40,440 bases of DNA, taken from NCBI GenBank assembly GCA_963753595.1, contig CAVWCX010000010.1, forward strand, positions 1 through 40,440, given 5' to 3'. Below the pieces are notes generated by a model. It had not been told where the DNA came from. It was given only the letters and a program-made list of their open reading frames with translations, and made no database searches. The position numbers were made by a program, and so were the translations under genes. Each line of letters begins with the position of its first letter. Positions within the stretch are counted from its first letter, which is position 1. This DNA is from Candidatus Methanoperedenaceae archaeon. Lineage in GTDB: Archaea > Halobacteriota > Methanosarcinia > Methanosarcinales > Methanoperedenaceae. Positions 1 through 9,129 of the stretch are shown here, in pieces.

Positions 1-107
1 ATTAATGACCGTTTCAATTCATGTTGTTGAATAAAATTATTTACAATTAGCAGCTTAACTATATTTCATATAACAGAATAATAACAAATCCAAAGTATCA
101 AGCTCAG

Positions 108-306
108 CTTTGCGATCTTTGCGCCCTGGTATGAAAAAACAACGAACTAATACGAACTGAAACGAACTCAAGCTACCAGAGTTCGTTCGTGTTCGTTTAT
201 GTTCGTTGTTTTTTTTCATTTTTATTTATGAATCGGGAGGATTCATGGCCGACTTTGCGGTGAACAATTCACACTTTTAACCGCAAAGAACTCAAAGGAC
301 GCAAAG
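108..306. repeat. Fragments of the 9-nt periodic CGCAAAG/CTTTGCG inverted-repeat family
   Basis: ctttgcgat-ctttgcgcc at 108-125, ctttgcggtg at 253-262, accgcaaag-aactcaaag-gacgcaaag at 280-306; same units as at 4039-4100 and 20080-20150. Confidence 0.7.
133..218. repeat. Palindromic element with 3x ~10-nt units per arm (ACGAACTNNN ... NNGTTCGTTN)
   Basis: acgaactaat-acgaactgaa-acgaactc, spacer aagctacca, then gagttcgttc-gtgttcgttt-atgttcgttg; degenerate relatives at ~25981 and ~34664. Confidence 0.8.
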
Positions 307-518
307 AAGTAAAAATTGTCCCAACATGTAATGTAACGGTCTCTTAATTTATAGACAGGTTCAATTGGGAGAGAGTTTTTCGACCATTGGTTATCACTAT
401 TGCATAGGTTTGCATGGATAAAATAACTTGTGCTATATATTCCAACTTACATTTTTTTGCGCCGCTTCGCGCTTGGGCTGTGCGGTTGACGCGCGTTGTT
501 ACCGCTATGAACTTCTTT

Positions 519-642
519 TTATATTATTCCAGATTTTTGTAGTTCTTTTTCAATATCTGATATTAGTTTTTGAACTTTATTGATTATTTCCCCGATGCGC
601 TCTTTGTTAAATTCCACATTTTTGCTTTAATTCATCTTTCAA
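519..642 (-). pseudogene. Probable remnant of a HEPN-type partner gene of the upstream nucleotidyltransferase
   Basis: GGTGA RBS plus TTG overlapping the upstream stop gives MKDELKQK; a shifted frame gives an amphipathic helical C-terminus VEFNKERIGEIINKVQKLISDIEKELQKSGII*. HEPN identity inferred from context only. Confidence 0.4.
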
Positions 643-1552
643 TATGTTCACCTTTGCGTATTTTCTTGTTAAAGATTTTAATATAAATATCTTCCAAAAC
701 TTCAATCATATTTTCTGTGTTGAGTTTTTCCATTTCACTTAATACTTTGTATTCATTTAATTTGTTTATTTTAGAAAGAGCATCTTTTCTTGATAAAGCG
801 TCCATTCCTTCCAGTTTGCATACAATAAATGCCATATCTTCAACTACTGCAAAAACTATTTCTTTGGTCAATTCGTAATCTTTGTTGGCGTAATTTCTCA
901 TTGCGGCATTTATTCTTTCTTTTATAGATCTGAAATCTTCCAGATCAACAGGTGATTTCATGATCTCTCGCACATGATCTCCACCATAAACTAAAATACC
1001 GTTTATCAGCGCAGTTCTTATTAGTTCATTTTTATTAAATTCATTCCTGGATTCATTTGAGTTAAGAAAGTGAACGTTTATATATTCTCCAATAAGTTCA
1101 TGAATTTCATTAATAACTTCTTTGATCTCTTCGATCTCGTTCTCATTGTCAATAATCACGAGAAGGTCTATATCGCTATTTTCATCATATGTTCCCGCAG
1201 CCAGAGAGCCAAAAAGAATTATTGCTTTCGATCTGCTGTAAACCATTTCCTTAAAAAGAGAAATAGCGCAGATCCTGATTTCCGGTAATGTCAGGAATTT
1301 ATGCTGATCGAAAAGCTCCCTTATGGCAAATGTTACTGGATTCAGGGAATTGAGCCTGATAATTTTTGTTTTTCCAGCCCTCTTTATTGTCACGATATTC
1401 AACGAATCAAGTCTATTAATAGCATCCGCCCCGACGCCTTTCCCCACACTGCTTTCTTTTATCAAATCTATTTCCTTGAATTCTTTAAGTGGATTTTTCA
1501 ATAAACAGGATATTATTTTTATAGCAGTTTTGGTGCCGAGTATGTTTTCCAT
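632..1552 (-). CDS. HTH + minimal nucleotidyltransferase (MNT) domain protein with helical C-terminal domain (MNT-HEPN antitoxin-like)
   Basis: Pol-beta NTase motif LFGSLAAGTYDENSDIDLLVI; N-terminal winged-helix-like segment. Confidence 0.8.
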   Translation of the reverse strand: MENILGTKTAIKIISCLLKNPLKEFKEIDLIKESSVGKGVGADAINRLDSLNIVTIKRAGKTKIIRLNSLNPVTFAIRELFDQHKFLTLPEIRICAISLFKEMVYSRSKAIILFGSLAAGTYDENSDIDLLVIIDNENEIEEIKEVINEIHELIGEYINVHFLNSNESRNEFNKNELIRTALINGILVYGGDHVREIMKSPVDLEDFRSIKERINAAMRNYANKDYELTKEIVFAVVEDMAFIVCKLEGMDALSRKDALSKINKLNEYKVLSEMEKLNTENMIEVLEDIYIKIFNKKIRKGEHIER

Positions 1553-2096
1553 CCAATAATAATCGTTTTGTGTATTTATATAAGTTCCTATTTTCAGGGA
1601 ATTAAACCAGATTTAAGGGAATATTACCTGTTTTTAGGGAAAAAGGACAGCGTGAGAAATCACATAAACTGCGACTGTCCGAGCACCGGGAAGGTGCAGG
1701 ACTGCCGCTCAGCCTCCCGCAGTAAGTACGCCGTCCGCCCCAGGATTCGGGCAGTGCCCGAACGGAGGCGTGCTTAGTGCGGCGTTCATCAACCATCATA
1801 TTAAATAATTACGTTCAAATGCCGTTAGTTATTAGGGGTTTCTGAGGATCTTCCTAAACGCGTCCCCGCTTGCGCGGCGCGCCTTGGCTAATATAGAATA
1901 AAGCTGAACGCGAAGCGGTAGGCTTGCTTTAAATCTAACTTTAGTCGAGTTTGTTTATTATTATTAATACTAGAACAACTCAACAACGTCCCAATATAAC
2001 CTTTTTATCGGGTCGTTCTTCGTCGTGACACCTTACAGAACCTACATAATAATATATGGAATCGAGATAATTAGAGTACGTAGGAGTAACGAAAAA

Positions 2097-2864
2097 ATGA
2101 AAGCAAGAACGTTAATTGAGACGGTTTTAAAAGGCGAAAAAAAACCATTATCAGTCTTGGATATATGGAATATAGCTAAGAAAGAAAAATATGCTAAATC
2201 GTATGGAAGTGGAACTGATGGACAAAAGAAGGCACAAATTAATTCTGAGCTTAACAGGTGGTATAAGGAAAAGGATAGTACAATAGGAAGATATGAAAAA
2301 GGTAAAAATGGGAATAAATATATCACATATTTTCTTAGGAAACCGGCAACATCTGTAATACCCAGCGGTGGTGGCATTGAAGGAACAGAAGATTCAAGCG
2401 GCACAAATAGAGTAAAAACTCCTAAACATACATTGTTTGAGATTCCTGAAAAATCTATTGGAAAAGATTGCGTTTCTGTTATGATGCCATTCGCAATGGA
2501 ATTTAATCATGTTCATGAGACTATAAAAGGGGCTTGTTCGAATATTAATATGCAGTGCTATAGGGTGGATGACCTTTGGAATAATAGTACTGTTATTCAA
2601 GAGATTTTTGAGCTAATCTATCGCTCTTCAATTGTTATTGTAGATTTTACAGGCAAAAATTCAAATGTATTCTATGAAGTTGGAATTGCTCATACTTTAG
2701 ATAAAAATGTAATTCCGATAACTCAAAATATGGATGATATTCCTTTTGACCTTAGACATCATAAAGTTTTAAAATATTTAAACAATAATGAAGGGTTGCA
2801 AGAATTAAAAAAAGGAATTGAGCATAGATTAAAAAATATTAAAAAAAAAGTGAAACAACAGTGA
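2097..2864 (+). CDS. N-terminal HTH-like domain + nucleoside 2-deoxyribosyltransferase-like domain protein
   Basis: C-terminal pattern VMMPF...RVDD...IVDFTGKNSNVFYEVGIAH...IPFDLRH; ATG 2097 (after AGGAG) preferred over GTG 2025; AT-rich. Confidence 0.7.
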   Translation: MKARTLIETVLKGEKKPLSVLDIWNIAKKEKYAKSYGSGTDGQKKAQINSELNRWYKEKDSTIGRYEKGKNGNKYITYFLRKPATSVIPSGGGIEGTEDSSGTNRVKTPKHTLFEIPEKSIGKDCVSVMMPFAMEFNHVHETIKGACSNINMQCYRVDDLWNNSTVIQEIFELIYRSSIVIVDFTGKNSNVFYEVGIAHTLDKNVIPITQNMDDIPFDLRHHKVLKYLNNNEGLQELKKGIEHRLKNIKKKVKQQ

Positions 2865-3065
2865 TAAACACATAAAAAATTATATGAATGGTGGATAACT
2901 GCATATGAAAGTATATGCAAAATATAGCTTATTTTTAGGTCATGGGTTGCACTTTGAAGAAACTACCAACCCAAATTGAAACGCTTTCCTAATTTCAATT
3001 TATCTTGATATCCGGATTTATACTATATATTCTCAGTAAATAGTTTCAACCATAAGGTGCAAACC

Positions 3066-3614
3066 ATGAATTATGAAACAATAAAGATCGAAAAAGTTGA
3101 AAAATCCTGCCCGGCATGTGAGGATTATGCCCAAAAACACTCGACAGACCCGCCAAAGATAGCTGTCATGGCATGTGAAGGAGCATGTGCAAAAGGCGAG
3201 ATAGCAAGAATAGCCGCAAACATTGTAGCACATAAGCTCGCGCGGGAAAACACTGTCAGGATATGTCTTGGCGGCGCCTTCACGAAGGATACGGGACAGA
3301 GAAACCTTGTAAAACGTGCTGATAAAGTGATTGCCATTGAGGGTTGTTTCATATCCTGCTCTTCAAGGATGATGAAAGGAGTGCTGCCCGGTCTTATTCC
3401 TGTAATAGTCCAGGCCGATATGCTTTATGACACTGACAACGAAGCTTTCGGTATAGATGAATTCCCTGAGGAAGAAATCAAAGAACATGCGCGGGAAGTA
3501 GCAGAAACAGTGGCCAGGGAACACTTAAATAATGAGAGCCCGGAAAAAAGTGGAAACAAAGGATCTGGATGCAGCCAGTCGGGAAATAATAATTCTTGTT
3601 GCGGCTGCAAATAA
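3066..3614 (+). CDS. Putative zinc-binding protein, DGC family
   Basis: ACEGAC, ICLGG and IAIEGCFISCS motifs; extra CPAC and C-terminal SCCGCK; ATG 3066 follows AGGTG. Confidence 0.75.
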   Translation: MNYETIKIEKVEKSCPACEDYAQKHSTDPPKIAVMACEGACAKGEIARIAANIVAHKLARENTVRICLGGAFTKDTGQRNLVKRADKVIAIEGCFISCSSRMMKGVLPGLIPVIVQADMLYDTDNEAFGIDEFPEEEIKEHAREVAETVAREHLNNESPEKSGNKGSGCSQSGNNNSCCGCK

Positions 3615-3730
3615 TTTTTTTTCATACAACCCATATTTCGCACTTGATAAGATAAATTTATGATTTATCTATGAAATACGAGCCTGACAAAATTACTATC
3701 TGGATTTTTTAAGAAAATTGCATTTATTCA

Positions 3731-3963
3731 GACAGGATTAACAGGATCGACAGGATTTAGTCATCCTGGTTTTCCAATGTTTACTTATTGAATTAAGGAA
3801 GGCAGGTTTGAAATCAGAATACCAAAAACAGATTATCGTAAACTATGAGGTGAAGTCGTAGGGATTTTTATCGCAGACATATTTGTTGAAGAGTTGATTA
3901 TTCTTGAGCTAAAATCTGTTGGATTTACTAAAATCGTATCCTGTCGATCCTGTTAATCCTGTC
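3731..3963 (+). pseudogene. Decayed GxxExxY (PD-(D/E)XK nuclease-like) gene between perfect 26-bp inverted repeats
   Basis: 3775-3920 translates, with one frameshift near 3850, as QCLLIELRKAGLKSEYQKQIIVNYE/GEVVGIFIADIFVEELIILELKSV; arm gacaggattaacaggatcgacaggat (3731-3756) and exact reverse complement (3938-3963). Confidence 0.8.
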
Positions 3964-4038
3964 AAATGAGGTGGTCTTGACCGCTATGTATTGGAAGATA
4001 AATCTAATTATGATGAAATAATGTGCGAAATATGGGCA

Positions 4039-4100
4039 GAACGCAAAGTCCGCAAAGATTATTGCAGCTATGCTTTGCGTTCTTTGCGAACTTTGCGGTG
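4039..4100. repeat. MITE-like palindrome with 9-nt periodic arms
   Basis: aacgcaaag-tccgcaaag, spacer attattgcagctatg, ctttgcgtt-ctttgcgaa-ctttgcggtg; near-copy at 20080-20150. Confidence 0.8.
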
Positions 4101-4253
4101 TTTAAATTAAATCAGCTCAGGGAAAATCAGTAAAGAGTTGCAGGATATTAGAATAATATAAAGACAGAAGCTTTATTGACGCAACGTTTTTTCATCATTT
4201 ACTTTTTCGTTATATTTATAAACTCCAATGCCTATAGCTAGCCGGGTGCTTTC

Positions 4254-5429
4254 ATGAAAACATGTATAATGTGCGGAGGCGAAGGAACAAGACTTCGTCC
4301 GCTTACTTTTGACCGGCCAAAGCCGATGATCCCACTGTTGAACAAACCATCACTGGTTCATCTTGTGGAACACCTGGCAATAGAGGGTTTTAATGATATC
4401 GTGCTTACACTGGGCTATCTTGGAGGGGAAATTGAAGCCGCGCTTGGCGATGGAAGTATGTACGGCGTACATGTCGAATACGTCCATGAAAAAGAAAAAC
4501 TGGGAACAGCAGGCGGAGTAAAGAACGCAGAGGAGTTATTTGAAGGCGAGCCTTTCATGGTAGTGGGAGGCGATCATGTAATGGATCTTGAGCTTCGCGA
4601 ATTTGTCCGTTTTCATGAAAAAAACGATTCGCTTGTGACGATAGGTCTTCTACCGATCGATGACCCGCGCGATTATGGCATAGCCGATCTTGATGTAAAT
4701 AACAGGATCAACAGGTTCTTTGAAAAGCCGGGGCCAGGAGAGATATTCAGTAATCTTGCAAGTACCGGTATTTATGTTTGCGATCCTGAGATAATGAAAT
4801 GGATACCTGAAAAGAAATATGATTTTGCAAAAGACCTTTTCCCGGATATCATGAAAAAAGGCGAGAACATCAATGGTTTCCTTGTGCACGGCAGGTGGAC
4901 GGATATCGGGAATCCGCAGGCTTACAGGGAAGCATGCAGATGGATGCTGGAACAGATGCCCGGCACAAAAATTTCAGGGCGCCTGAATATCAAGGATGCA
5001 AGAGTAACAGGGCCGATTGAAATAGGGCATGATGTGTCACTGGGTTCAAATTCGGCTATTGTAGGCCCTATAGTGATCGGGGAAAACACGACTATTGGTG
5101 ACAATGTCCTGATAGGCCCTTACACATCGATAGGCTCAAATTGCAGGATCGGGAACAATTCAAGGGTATTGTCTTCGTATATCTTCAATAATGTCGAGAT
5201 CGGCGCAAATACTGCGGTTTCCAGCGCTATTATCGATAATTCCACAAAGGTAAAGGATTCCTGCATACTCGAAACTGGTACAGTTATCGGTCCAAGAGTT
5301 ATTATCGGGGATGAAGTGACAGTAAATTCAATGGTAAGGATATGGCCCGAAGTCAGGGTAAAAAATGGAACTAAAGTAAGTGAGAACCTTGGGAATGAGG
5401 ATTTTGGGAATAATATAAAAGGTTCCTAA
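4254..5429 (+). CDS. NDP-sugar synthase (mannose-1-phosphate guanylyltransferase-like) with C-terminal left-handed beta-helix
   Basis: [27 protein letters not shown] and WTDIG motifs; hexapeptide repeats. Confidence 0.9.
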   Translation: MKTCIMCGGEGTRLRPLTFDRPKPMIPLLNKPSLVHLVEHLAIEGFNDIVLTLGYLGGEIEAALGDGSMYGVHVEYVHEKEKLGTAGGVKNAEELFEGEPFMVVGGDHVMDLELREFVRFHEKNDSLVTIGLLPIDDPRDYGIADLDVNNRINRFFEKPGPGEIFSNLASTGIYVCDPEIMKWIPEKKYDFAKDLFPDIMKKGENINGFLVHGRWTDIGNPQAYREACRWMLEQMPGTKISGRLNIKDARVTGPIEIGHDVSLGSNSAIVGPIVIGENTTIGDNVLIGPYTSIGSNCRIGNNSRVLSSYIFNNVEIGANTAVSSAIIDNSTKVKDSCILETGTVIGPRVIIGDEVTVNSMVRIWPEVRVKNGTKVSENLGNEDFGNNIKGS

Positions 5430-6106
5430 GCCTCTATTATTTCCACAGTCCCGTCTTTTTTACCGATATATATTACATCAACATTGGTGAATATACCATG
5501 TTCCACGATGCCTGTGCAGTATGAAAGCTCTTTATTTAATGATACAGGGTCATCGATTTTTCCGAAATCAGCGTCAAGTATGAAATTCCCGTTATCAGAG
5601 ATGACGGGTCCGTCCTTACTAACGCCCATTCGCACTTCTGTTTTTCCGCCGAGTTTTGCCACATTTTTTTCGACAAGCTTACGCGCACTTGGTATGACTT
5701 CAAGGGGAACCGGGTGACTTAACACCTCAGCCATTTTTGATTCATCTACGACCACAACGAACTTTTGTGCGGATTCAGCAACGATCTTTTCCCGCGTATG
5801 CGCCGCACCTCCGCCTTTTATCGCTATGAAATTCGCTACCTGGTCCGCACCATCAATATCAATATCCAGCACAGGATGCTCATCAAGCGTAGTCAGCGGG
5901 ATGCCATTCTCGGCGGCCAGGAATGCTGACTGGTAGGAGGTGGGAACACCAAGAATATTTAAGCCGTCAGCGACCCGCCTTCCCAGTTCTTTTATCGCAT
6001 AAGCAGTTGTGGAGCCTGTGCCAAGGCCCACTACCATATTGTTTTCCACAAGCTGTGCCGCCTGTTCTCCGGTTGCCTGCTTGGGATTTTGAGTAGGATT
6101 TTTCAT
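5426..6106 (-). CDS. rpiA: Ribose-5-phosphate isomerase A
   Basis: [23 protein letters not shown] and SDNGNFILD motifs. Confidence 0.96.
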   Translation of the reverse strand: MKNPTQNPKQATGEQAAQLVENNMVVGLGTGSTTAYAIKELGRRVADGLNILGVPTSYQSAFLAAENGIPLTTLDEHPVLDIDIDGADQVANFIAIKGGGAAHTREKIVAESAQKFVVVVDESKMAEVLSHPVPLEVIPSARKLVEKNVAKLGGKTEVRMGVSKDGPVISDNGNFILDADFGKIDDPVSLNKELSYCTGIVEHGIFTNVDVIYIGKKDGTVEIIEA

Positions 6107-6523
6107 GATGGGGGCTACAATGTCTTTTATTTAAATAAATGATTTGGAATTTTGAATATGGGATAACTTATTCCAGGTTTTCCCCATCGCTTGCAGTTTT
6201 GCACTTATTTATATATGTGCAATTGGCAACCCGGCATACTTTGATCTTTGAACCGCACTGGTTGCAGTAAAATCCCGCAGAAAAAATTAAAGGCTGGCGC
6301 TCGGGGATATTCAGGAATGAATTATAGCGGGGCATTATTTTATCTCCGTGTTGCTTTTAATTTTAATAATGTCAATCTCGATTTTGTTACGCAAATTAAA
6401 TTTTCTAATGTGTTTGCCATATAGTCCAACTATATCCCGCCTAGTATATATAGGAAAATAAGCGATTATCTTCGTTTTGACCGTCGATTAATTTAAATAT
6501 CATAAAGTTATCTTTACGATATA

Positions 6524-7855
6524 ATGGAAAATCATAAAGATAAGTTAAGATCAGTCGTTGAAGAGTACTGGAGAAAAGAACTTCCAGACACGAAAGAGAG
6601 AGCTATCAGTCTGAAAATAGAAAGCGATCTTATAAATGATATTGTAGGGCCAAGAAGGGCTGGAAAGACTTATTTAATGTACTTTACCATTAGAAAACTT
6701 CTCGATACCGGGATAGAAAAAGAAGCCACTATATACATAAACTTTGAAAACAGGAAACTTTTGCCTTTAACCCCGGAATATTTCAATGACCTGATAGATG
6801 TTATCCATTCCAAAAGACTTTTTGAAAAACATACGACTGTATTTATTTTCCTTGACGAAGTCCAGAGGATCGGGGACTGGGAAAAATATATACGAAGCAT
6901 ATACGACGAATTTAAAGGTAAAATAAAGATTTTCATTTCCGGTTCAACTTCAAAATTGACAGAATCCGAATTGAGTTATTTGCTTACAGGCAGGCATTTA
7001 ACAACACATGTCTACCCATTGAGCTTCAGGGAATTCTTATCATTCAAAAACTGTTATATAAAAGAATATTTTATTGAAGAGGATATCGCTTTGATAAAAG
7101 AATATTTAAGGGAATACTCAGAGTTCGGGGGTTTCCCGGAAGTCACTCTACTCCCGTATGGTAAAGACGAACTGATACAGACATTATTTTCCGATATAAT
7201 AAACAGAGACATACTCCCGAAAGCAAAACGAAGGGGTGAAATTATTGATGACCTTGCGTATTTTTTATGTTCAAACTCAGGAAAACTGGCAAGTTTCACA
7301 AAGTTAACAGGCACGCTGAACTCGATGGGAGTTAAAGTATCAGTACCTACTTTTGAAAAATACTTCTCGATTATGAAAGAGGCGTTCCTTTTCTTTGATC
7401 TTACTATATATTCATACAAAGTTAAGGATCAAATTCAGTATCCCAGAAAGATTTATTGTATGGATCCAGGTTTTATTAATTTTTCCGGGTTTAAATTTTC
7501 ACAGGACCGGGGAAGATTAATGGAAAATCTGGTTGCGATAGAACTTCAAAGGACAAAGTCCAAAAGTCCATTAATTGAAATATTTTACTGGAAGGATCAT
7601 CAGGAGAGGGAAGTAGATTTTGTTATCAGGGAAGGTCTTACGGTAAAGCAGCTTATCCAGGTGACAAATGCTTCAAGCAGGGAAGATATACCAAAAAGAG
7701 AGATCACAGGTCTGTTAAGGGCAGAAGAAGAATTTAAATGCAGCAATTTGCTTGTAATAACCTGGGAGTATGAAGGAGAAGAGATAGTAGATGGTAAGAA
7801 AGTAGTTTATACGCCATTATGGAAGTGGCTGTTAGACGTTGGGGTCAAGGGGTAG
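6524..7855 (+). CDS. AAA+ ATPase (AAA_14 + DUF4143-type C-terminal domain)
   Basis: Walker A GPRRAGKT, Walker B FLDEVQ, GGFP, LMENLV, EVDF, PLWKWLL; last codons come from the inserted TnpB element. Confidence 0.9.
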   Translation: MENHKDKLRSVVEEYWRKELPDTKERAISLKIESDLINDIVGPRRAGKTYLMYFTIRKLLDTGIEKEATIYINFENRKLLPLTPEYFNDLIDVIHSKRLFEKHTTVFIFLDEVQRIGDWEKYIRSIYDEFKGKIKIFISGSTSKLTESELSYLLTGRHLTTHVYPLSFREFLSFKNCYIKEYFIEEDIALIKEYLREYSEFGGFPEVTLLPYGKDELIQTLFSDIINRDILPKAKRRGEIIDDLAYFLCSNSGKLASFTKLTGTLNSMGVKVSVPTFEKYFSIMKEAFLFFDLTIYSYKVKDQIQYPRKIYCMDPGFINFSGFKFSQDRGRLMENLVAIELQRTKSKSPLIEIFYWKDHQEREVDFVIREGLTVKQLIQVTNASSREDIPKREITGLLRAEEEFKCSNLLVITWEYEGEEIVDGKKVVYTPLWKWLLDVGVKG

Positions 7856-7965
7856 AGAACCCTGCGCCCTTCGAGGGCGCAGATGAATCGTACCCCTGCT
7901 TATAGATTAGTTTCACACCACTCTATCATAAGGGCTATATGTATTCAGAACTATGTCTATGCTGC

Positions 7966-9129
7966 ATGAAAATAACGTATCAGTTCAGGATATACCCTAC
8001 CAAAAATCCAGAGGTTATCATGAATAGAACTCTATCTACATGCAGAAAACTCTATAATGAAAAACTTGCAGAACGAAAGAAGCAAGCAGAGCTTAATCGG
8101 TTGAGAAAATCATTTGATGTTTTTCCGTGGGGAAAACCGGAATGGATAGACTATTATGAGCAGAAACTTGGTTTAACAGCTACCAAAACACTATTTCAAA
8201 AAGAAGTCCATTCTCAGGTACTCCAAGATGTGATAAAAAGGGTTGATCGAAGTTTCAAGAATTTCTATATGGGTTTCGGCTATCCACGGTTTCAAGGAAG
8301 AAATAGATACAATAGTTTCACGTATCCCCAATCGGGTTTTGAACTGAAAGATGGAAAACTCATTCTCTCTAAGATCGGGGCTATCAAGATCGTCCAGCAC
8401 CGGGAAATCGAAGGTAAAATCAAGACCTGTACCATCAAGAAGGATATTGACCAATGGTATGTTTCCTTTTCATGTGAAATCGAAGAGCATATCCCGGTTG
8501 AAGTCAAAACCAAAACAGGAATAGACGTTGGATTAATCGACCTGATAACCCTGAGTAACGGGGAACAGGTCAAACCGCCGAAGTTCCTGCGGGAATCAGA
8601 GGATAAGCTGACACAGGAACAGAAGCGGTTAAGCCGGAAAAGGAAAGGGTCAGGGAAAAGGAATAAGCAGCGGGTGATAGTATCAAAAGTACATAGAAAA
8701 ATCAGGAATCAAAGAAAAGATTTTGCTCATAAGACCAGCAAAGTTCTTGTGGATTCCTATGACCGTATCGTTTTTGAAGATTTGCAAATAAAGAACATGG
8801 TGCAGAACCATCATCTTGCCAAATCCATATCCGATGCAGGCTGGCATCAATTAATGCAATTCACGAAATCCAAGGCAGAATGTGCCGGGAAAACAGTTGA
8901 ATTCGTTAATCCGGCTGGAACATCCCAAACCTGTATCTGCGGATATCCTGTACCGAAAGACCTTTCAGTGAGGATACATCGGTGTCCTTCCTGTGGTCTT
9001 GTCATGGGAAGAGATCAGGTATCTGCAATATTAATCGAAAATAGATGTACGGTAGGAACTACCGGAATTAACGCCCGTCAAGGATATCTCAGCGGAGTAT
9101 CAATGCAGCGGGACGCTCCGAGGCTTTAG
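7966..9129 (+). CDS. tnpB: RNA-guided endonuclease TnpB
   Basis: TYQFRIYP N-terminus, RuvC residues GIDVG / VFEDL / RDQVSA, zinc finger SQTCICG..CPSCG; ATG 7966 preferred over 7939. Confidence 0.93.
   Translation: MKITYQFRIYPTKNPEVIMNRTLSTCRKLYNEKLAERKKQAELNRLRKSFDVFPWGKPEWIDYYEQKLGLTATKTLFQKEVHSQVLQDVIKRVDRSFKNFYMGFGYPRFQGRNRYNSFTYPQSGFELKDGKLILSKIGAIKIVQHREIEGKIKTCTIKKDIDQWYVSFSCEIEEHIPVEVKTKTGIDVGLIDLITLSNGEQVKPPKFLRESEDKLTQEQKRLSRKRKGSGKRNKQRVIVSKVHRKIRNQRKDFAHKTSKVLVDSYDRIVFEDLQIKNMVQNHHLAKSISDAGWHQLMQFTKSKAECAGKTVEFVNPAGTSQTCICGYPVPKDLSVRIHRCPSCGLVMGRDQVSAILIENRCTVGTTGINARQGYLSGVSMQRDAPRL

Noticed and set aside
133-306. CRISPR array
   Set aside because: Units are 9-10 nt, arranged as inverted arms with no unique spacers; no cas genes in the window
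1661-1790. Known ncRNA (SRP RNA, RNase P RNA, riboswitch)
   Set aside because: Too short and lacking the diagnostic conserved motifs I could recognise; a covariance search would be needed
1568-1799. Overlapping 69-aa (+) and 65-aa (-) ORFs
   Set aside because: They fall in a GC-rich palindromic segment and have no recognisable motifs; better explained as structured non-coding DNA
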